A DNA stretch of 64,000 nucleotides, taken from Planctomycetota bacterium. GTDB taxonomy: Bacteria; Planctomycetota; UBA1135; UBA2386. Within the stretch, counting starts at the first letter, position 1; each line of letters opens with the position of its first letter. A program made the position numbers and the translations under genes. The notes under the pieces were generated by a model. The model saw only the letters and a program-made list of their open reading frames with translations. It did not search any database and was not told the origin of the DNA. Location: positions 5,440,001 to 5,504,000 of the forward strand of contig OZ245838.1 in assembly GCA_965228735.1 (NCBI GenBank), given 5' to 3'. Shown here one piece after another: positions 58,246 through 64,000 of this stretch.

Positions 58246-60945
58246 CTAGGCCTCCGGTTCGGCGTCCGGAGGCTGCGTCGACTCGTCCGCGAGTCGGCGC
58301 GGCCATATTCCGATGAACAGCAGCACGATGAACACGACGAGTGCTGCGAGGCCGACCACGAGCCCGGCCTTGAACCCCTGCGCCTCGAAGCGCATCTCGA
58401 GCACACACTCCTTCGCCGGGATCCGGATCACGCGCTGATAAAGGTTGCCGCGGACGATCTCGGCGGGCGTGCCGTCGATCGTCGCCTGCCAGCCCGGGAA
58501 GAACGTGTCCGCGAGCACGAGGTAGCCCGCGGCGCCCGCTGCGATGGCGACGCTCGTGCGCTTGCCGTCCTCGTGGACGAACTTCGCGACCCGGCCGCTC
58601 GGGTCGCCGCCGTCCGCCGGCAACGCTCCGAGCAACTCGGCATCCGCGCTGCTGACGAACACGGTGGCGCGGGGATCGAGGGCCGGGTCGGCGAGCCGGT
58701 CGACGAGCTCGTTCTCGTCGTCGATCGTCGTGAGGGAGTCGACGAAGCGCGCGCGTGGCAACGCGGACTCACGTTCGTAGACGAAGTAGTCGTCGTCCCC
58801 GATCTGTTCCGGGCCGACGCGTTTGCCGGCGTGCGTCATCGGCTGCGTCGCGAGCACGTAGCGCAGCCCCATGAGGTCCCAGTACGGATGCTGCAGTTCG
58901 GCGGTGTCGGGCAGCGCGTTGCAGACGAACCCGCGCAGGATGATTCCATCGCCGTAGAGCTTGCGGATCGGCAGGTCGCTCTTGTTGTCGACGAACGTGT
59001 AGAAGTTGAGGTCGCGGATGTGCTCCGCGGCGAGCGTGCCGCCCGGCAGATTGTAGGGGCCGGCCGGGCTCACGCCGCGACCGACCATGAAGCCGCCGTT
59101 CTCGGCGTTGCCGTCGCGTTGGCTGCGCAAGAACTCGTGCACCGCGGTGTCCGTCTCGTGCGCGCACTCCTGGCCGCGGTTGAGCGCGAAGCTGAAGGCG
59201 CCGAGCTCGACCGCGGCGAGGCCGAAGAACGCGATCGTCGGCCAGCCGCGCAGGCCGGACTGGCGATAGCGGAACGCGAGGCCGATCAGCAGGCCGGCAC
59301 CGAGCAGCAGGCGGATGCCACCGAACGTGAGGCTGCCGTTGAGGCGTTCGCGGCCAGCGCGGATCGCGTCGGTCTTGGTGCCGGGCTCGCGGGGGTCGTT
59401 GGGGGAGAAGATGACCTGCAGAGTTGCTGCCGGTGTGACCTGCGCTGGGGTGATGCCGTCGTGCTCGCGCGAGTACGGCACTGCATAGCGCTCCGCGATC
59501 GTCGGCAGCCACGGGTCGTCCGGCGTCGTCACCTCGGGCACCGCCTGCTGCCCGAGGAAGATCATCACGGCCGCGCACGGCACGATGAGCACGGAGAGGC
59601 CGACCATCGCCCACGGCACGAGCGAGCGCGACAAGCCGTCGAAGCCGACCGCCGCGAGCATCGCGACGAGCGCGCACGCCGGCCCGGCGAAGCGATACGG
59701 CGGCACGGCCTTGATGCCGGGCAGGTAGTAGGCGAGGTGGAACCCGAGCGCGCCCGTCGCGAACAGCCAGACGGCGATCAGGGCACCGAACACAAACCAG
59801 CGCCAGCGCGGGCCGGGCATCACGAGGCCGAGCAGCGCGAGCAGCAGCGGCACGACGCCGGGGAAGATCGCGTACTCTGTGAAGTTGTAGTTCGGCAGCA
59901 GCTGCTCGCCGGTCTGCCAGTGCTTCAGGTCCGACCACAGCCACGGCAGCGGCCACGCCTGGTGCGGCACCGAGTATTCGCCCGGGTGCGAGAACGCCTC
60001 GGGCATCAGATAGCCGAGGAAGCCGAACGGCACGAACGCGTGCTCCGAGGCGCGATCGAGCGACTCGGCGATCGGGCGGTTGGACTCGGGATAGAACAGC
60101 AACATCTGCAGCAGCTGCGGCATCGCGAGCAGCACGCCGAGCAGGCCGCCGGTCAGCAGCCAACCGAGCAGTCGGAGGGCCGCGCGGGCGCCGCCCTCGG
60201 AGAGCCACTCGCGCACCACGAACACGAGGCCGAACGCGCCGGCGAGCATCGTGACGGGGATGCCGTACTGCGGAAAGCCCGACAGCCAGCACAGCGCGGT
60301 CATGGCGGCGAGGCCCGTGGCCGGCAGCGCGCGCGCCCAGCCCGTGCGGTTCACGACGCCGATGATCGCCCAGAGCATGCCGGGCAGCACCGCGAGCGCC
60401 TCCATGCGCATGTACCAGTGCCCGTTCGCCGTGAGCGTGCCCGACCACGAGAACGCGAGCGCGCCGAATGCCGCGGCCGGCAGACCGAGACCCATCGCGC
60501 GCAGGAAGCCGAACATCAGGATGCCCGCGAGCGCGAACATCACGTAGGTCAGGTAGAGCAGCCCGTTCGCGGGGTCGTCGAACAGCAGCGCCGGGAGGTG
60601 CAGCGGGTTCATGAACCCCGTGTGCCCGTGCGCGAGCATCGGCGCGCCGTTGCGGACGTAGTGGTTCCAGTGCGGCAGCTGGCGCTGCTGCAGCGCCTCG
60701 CGCGCGAGCTGCATCTCGATCGCGAACCAGATCGGTGCTTCCGTCGCGTCGTAGTTCGCCGTGGAGCGCACGGCCGCGAGCTCCGCGGCGCTGAGCTGCT
60801 GCGCGGCCGGCGGAAACTCGGCGATGTCGTACGGCAGGTAGCGATCGCCGGTGAACAGCGATTCACCGAGCAGCGCGGCCGGCAGGAGGAGGAGCAACAA
60901 GAACGCCAGGAGGTCCTTCTTGCGACGCGGCTCGGCGGAGGTCAC
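58246..60945 (-). CDS. YfhO family (GT-C fold) membrane protein
   Basis: LPHWN.Y...GAP..A, many transmembrane helices, YER..ALPRA, LVLADTFFPGWQA.IDG, and a C-terminal helix. Confidence 0.82.
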   Translation of the reverse strand: MTSAEPRRKKDLLAFLLLLLLPAALLGESLFTGDRYLPYDIAEFPPAAQQLSAAELAAVRSTANYDATEAPIWFAIEMQLAREALQQRQLPHWNHYVRNGAPMLAHGHTGFMNPLHLPALLFDDPANGLLYLTYVMFALAGILMFGFLRAMGLGLPAAAFGALAFSWSGTLTANGHWYMRMEALAVLPGMLWAIIGVVNRTGWARALPATGLAAMTALCWLSGFPQYGIPVTMLAGAFGLVFVVREWLSEGGARAALRLLGWLLTGGLLGVLLAMPQLLQMLLFYPESNRPIAESLDRASEHAFVPFGFLGYLMPEAFSHPGEYSVPHQAWPLPWLWSDLKHWQTGEQLLPNYNFTEYAIFPGVVPLLLALLGLVMPGPRWRWFVFGALIAVWLFATGALGFHLAYYLPGIKAVPPYRFAGPACALVAMLAAVGFDGLSRSLVPWAMVGLSVLIVPCAAVMIFLGQQAVPEVTTPDDPWLPTIAERYAVPYSREHDGITPAQVTPAATLQVIFSPNDPREPGTKTDAIRAGRERLNGSLTFGGIRLLLGAGLLIGLAFRYRQSGLRGWPTIAFFGLAAVELGAFSFALNRGQECAHETDTAVHEFLRSQRDGNAENGGFMVGRGVSPAGPYNLPGGTLAAEHIRDLNFYTFVDNKSDLPIRKLYGDGIILRGFVCNALPDTAELQHPYWDLMGLRYVLATQPMTHAGKRVGPEQIGDDDYFVYERESALPRARFVDSLTTIDDENELVDRLADPALDPRATVFVSSADAELLGALPADGGDPSGRVAKFVHEDGKRTSVAIAAGAAGYLVLADTFFPGWQATIDGTPAEIVRGNLYQRVIRIPAKECVLEMRFEAQGFKAGLVVGLAALVVFIVLLFIGIWPRRLADESTQPPDAEPEA

Positions 60946-61060
60946 GCGGGACACCGTATTGCGACGCTCGCGTCGCGTCGACGCCGACCGTTCGGCCTGT
61001 CGGAAAACTCTCCGCGGGCGGACACGGCGGCGGCTACGATCGCGCCGCTGCGACGCGGGC

Positions 61061-61942
61061 ATGTTGAGACTTTGGAGGCAATACCGGGACCGCGGTCGGA
61101 TCGCGCGAGCGGAGGCGATCGCCGCGCGCGGCGACCTCGAGCGCGCCTTGGCGCCACTGCGTGAGCTGTCGTTGGAGGGCTACGGCAAGGTCCTCTTCGG
61201 CCTACCTACCACGGAGTTGCCGAACCTCTCCAAGTTGCTGCCGGCCATGCCGCCCGAAGAGGTCCAGATCGGGTTCACGGGATCGGCCGGCGAGCACTCG
61301 CTTCACCTCGTCCTGCAGTTCTTGCGGCGGGTGGCAGCGGGCTACCGCGACGTCGCGCGGCGGCCGCTCCGCGACGCGACGATCCTCGACTACGGCTGCG
61401 GCTACGGTCGGGTCCTTCGGATGATGCCGTACTTCACGGCTGCGGATCGCGTCTACGGCTTCGACCCGCTCTAGCAGGCCGTCGGGTTGTGCCGTGATCA
61501 CAACCTGTTCGGCACGATCGAGAAGTGCGATTTTCTGCCGGACGCGCTGCCGTGCCCCGGCGTCGAGTTCGACCTGGTCTACAGCTTCTCGGTGTTCACG
61601 CACACGTCCGAGCGCGCGACGAGAACTGCGCTGCAAGCGCTGCGCGATCGCGTCAAGCCGGGCTCTGTCGTCGTGATCACGATCCGGCCCGGCGGTTACT
61701 GGCAGCAGGCCTCCGGCATCCACGCGGTTGCCGATGCGGCGAGCTACGAGGCCAGGCACGAGGCCGAGGGCTTCGCGTTCTTCCCGCATCCGCGCGAGCC
61801 GGTCGACGGCGACGTCACCTACGGCGACACGTCGATGACGATCGATTGGCTGCGACGCGCAGCCCCGTTCTTCGAGGTCGCCAAGTTCGACGACCAGTAC
61901 GCGGATCGCAACCAGCAGATCGTCTACCTGCGTCCGGTCTGA
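61061..61942 (+). pseudogene. Class I SAM-dependent methyltransferase interrupted by in-frame TAG (61472-61474)
   Basis: ILDYGCGYGR before the stop and FDLVYSFSVFTH after it, in the same frame. Confidence 0.75.
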
Positions 61943-62796
61943 CGCAGGCGCGTTGCGGCGAGCCACGCGCCGCCGGCGACCGACAGCAGGATGACGGCGC
62001 CGCCGGCGAGCGCGAGCGGGTGCGGGGTCTCCCCGTGCACGAAGTAGGCGATGACCGGGTTGAGTGCGGGTTCGATCATCAGCAGCAGGCTCACGCGCAC
62101 CGCGTTGACGTGCGGGGTCGCGCGCACGAGCAGGACGTAGGCGAGGCCGACCTGGATCGTGCCGAGGTAGGTGATCGTCAGCCAGTCGCTCGTCGTCCCG
62201 AGCACGAACCGTTGACCGACGATCGGCATGAGCAGCAGCGCGAGCGGGGCCGCGGCCGCGTTGCCCCACCCGATCGCGGCGGGCGCGGACGTGCGACCGT
62301 GGCGCGACAGTGCGCGCATGCCGAGCAGCAGGAGGCCGAAGCCGAGGCCGGAGGCGAGCGCGAACATGTCGCCGAGGCGCGGTGACGGCGCGGTCGCACT
62401 CGCCTCGCTCGGCGCGCCGAAGAACAGCGCCATCCCGAGCAGGATCCCGACCATCGTGAGGATCTCGATGCGGCTCGGCTTCTCGCGCAGGATCACCGGG
62501 CTCAGCATCGCGACCCAGAACGGCGCGGTCGACTGCATGAAGATCGTGTTGGCCGCGGTCGTCAGCGTGTTGGCGATGACGAAGCCGCAGGTCGCCATGA
62601 AGTAGGGAACGACGAGCAGCAGCGTCGAACGGTCGGGGCGGCGGCGCGCCTCGGGCAGCAGCAGGAAGACCGTGAGCGCGGCGATGAACGCGCGCAGCGC
62701 GGCGCGCTGCAGCGCCGGGAACTCGCAGGTCTTGATCACGGCGCCGCCCGTCGCGAACAGCGCGCCGGCGGCCAGGACGCGCAGGGCGGGGGGCAC
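61924..62796 (-). CDS. DMT/EamA family transporter
   Basis: About 10 transmembrane helices, LFATGG..IK, QSTAP, QVGLAY, IEP.LNP. Confidence 0.88.
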   Translation of the reverse strand: MPPALRVLAAGALFATGGAVIKTCEFPALQRAALRAFIAALTVFLLLPEARRRPDRSTLLLVVPYFMATCGFVIANTLTTAANTIFMQSTAPFWVAMLSPVILREKPSRIEILTMVGILLGMALFFGAPSEASATAPSPRLGDMFALASGLGFGLLLLGMRALSRHGRTSAPAAIGWGNAAAAPLALLLMPIVGQRFVLGTTSDWLTITYLGTIQVGLAYVLLVRATPHVNAVRVSLLLMIEPALNPVIAYFVHGETPHPLALAGGAVILLSVAGGAWLAATRLRQTGRR

Positions 62797-62934
62797 GCGT
62801 TCGTTGTGCCATCTGCCTGCGCCCGCGTCCAGGCCGGCGTCCCGGCCCCCTCGTCCAGGCCCTCGCGTCCAGGCCGGCGTCGGGCACCCGACAGTGGACA
62901 CGAACTCGGCTCTGCCCGACGCTAGTCGGCCCCG

Positions 62935-63720
62935 ATGAGCAGCTATGAGACCCTGGAGGTCGTCCACGACGGCCCCGTCCTCCATATTCGCCTCGACCGG
63001 CCCGACGTCCGCAACGCGTTCAACGGCGTCGTCGTCGACGATCTGCACGCGGCGTTCGCTGCGGCCGACGCCGACGCGACGGCGCGCGTCGTCGTGTTGT
63101 CCGGTAACGGCAAGAGCTTCTCCGCCGGCGCGGATCTCGGCTGGATGAAGGAGCAGGCCGACCTGCCCAAGGACCAGAACGCGGCGTCGGCGGATCACAT
63201 GGCGCGCGCGTTCCTCGCGATCGCGCGCTGCAAGAAGCCGGTCGTCGGTCGCATTCACGGTCACGCGCTCGGCGGCGGCACGGGACTGACCGCGGCCGTC
63301 GACCTCGCGATCGCGACGGAGACGTGCCTGTTCGGGCTGACCGAGGTCAAGCTCGGCATCGTGCCCGCGGTGATCTCGCCGTTCGTCATGCAGAAGATCG
63401 GCGCCGGTCGCGCGCGGGCGTTGTTCCTCACGGGCGAGCGCTTCGATGGTCGCGAGGCCGAGCGCATCGGGCTCGTGCATCGGGCGGTCGCGGAGGGTGA
63501 GCTCGACGCGGCGGTCGAGCAGGCGGTCGGCGAGCTGCTCACGGCCGGGCCCGCGGCGGTCGCCAGCGCGAAGGAGCTGATTCGCGCCGTCGACGGCAAG
63601 ACGCTCGAGGACGCGATCCCGGTGACGTCGCAGTGGATCGCGGAGCTGCGCGCGACGCCGGAGGCGAAGGAAGGCTTCACCGCGTTCCTCGAGAAGCGCA
63701 AGGCGGGGTGGATCCAATGA
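62935..63720 (+). CDS. Enoyl-CoA hydratase, methylglutaconyl-CoA hydratase (LiuC)-like
   Basis: RPDVRNAFN, FSAGADLGWMK, ALGGGTGL, LTEVKLGIVPAVISPFV, EAKEG..AFLEKR. Confidence 0.88.
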   Translation: MSSYETLEVVHDGPVLHIRLDRPDVRNAFNGVVVDDLHAAFAAADADATARVVVLSGNGKSFSAGADLGWMKEQADLPKDQNAASADHMARAFLAIARCKKPVVGRIHGHALGGGTGLTAAVDLAIATETCLFGLTEVKLGIVPAVISPFVMQKIGAGRARALFLTGERFDGREAERIGLVHRAVAEGELDAAVEQAVGELLTAGPAAVASAKELIRAVDGKTLEDAIPVTSQWIAELRATPEAKEGFTAFLEKRKAGWIQ

Positions 63721-64000
63721 GTCGTCGACATCTCGTGCCGGTGTTCGCGTTGGCGGTCCTGTTCGTCGCGTGCAACGCGCCGACGGCGGGTTCTTCGCCG
63801 GCTGGCGGCGGCCGCGGTGCCGCGAGCAGTGCGCCGCCGAACGCGGCCGCCAACGCCGCGGCCGCCGATGACGACCCGCTCGTCGCGCGCTGCTTCGCGC
63901 TCGAAGAACGCGCGCTCGAGGACAACAACGCGATCGCGATGCTGCGCTCGCTCGTCGAAACCGCGCCCAAGCGCCTCGCCGGTTCGCCCGGCATGGTCGC
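63717..64000 (+). CDS. Lipoprotein, probable M28 peptidase N-terminus (3'-truncated)
   Basis: ATGA-coupled start, lipobox FVAC, and L..LVETAPKRLAGSPG resembling the carboxypeptidase Q-type RL.GS motif. Confidence 0.55.
   Translation, partial: MSRRHLVPVFALAVLFVACNAPTAGSSPAGGGRGAASSAPPNAAANAAAADDDPLVARCFALEERALEDNNAIAMLRSLVETAPKRLAGSPGMV

Noticed and set aside
62824..62881. 18-nt direct repeat CGCGTCCAGGCCGGCGTC between the DMT and hydratase genes
   Set aside because: Only two full copies plus a partial one in GC-rich DNA. Probably a local duplication, with no evidence of function.

Overview
High-GC (roughly 70%) bacterial chromosomal window. Gene content suggests a Planctomycetota member: a membrane-anchored ECF sigma factor fusion, a sulfatase, FG-GAP/ASPIC-UnbV proteins, a di-heme DUF1111 protein and many secreted proteins with a shared C-terminal domain. 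Recognisable genes include a FleS/FleR-like two-component pair, motAB, pyrK, rpmG, sbcDC, liuB/liuC-like genes, an acyl-CoA catabolism cluster, transporters and an IS630 remnant. The strongest signal is two genes that the ORF track splits at an in-frame UGA (18926-18928 and 57385-57387). In both, the protein continues in frame and a hairpin with a shared GCGUG apex follows, which fits unannotated selenoproteins: a CRTAC1/ASPIC-UnbV-like protein with a C-U motif and a SELENON-like thioredoxin-fold protein. Other observations are a recurrent C-terminal domain on about 7 secreted proteins, three different inverted-repeat-bounded intergenic elements, a 36-nt tandem array ending in an orphan terminator, probable leaderless promoters, and an in-frame TAG in a methyltransferase. 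No rRNA, tRNA, CRISPR array or sel machinery genes were seen. All calls come from reading motifs by eye; no database searches were run.
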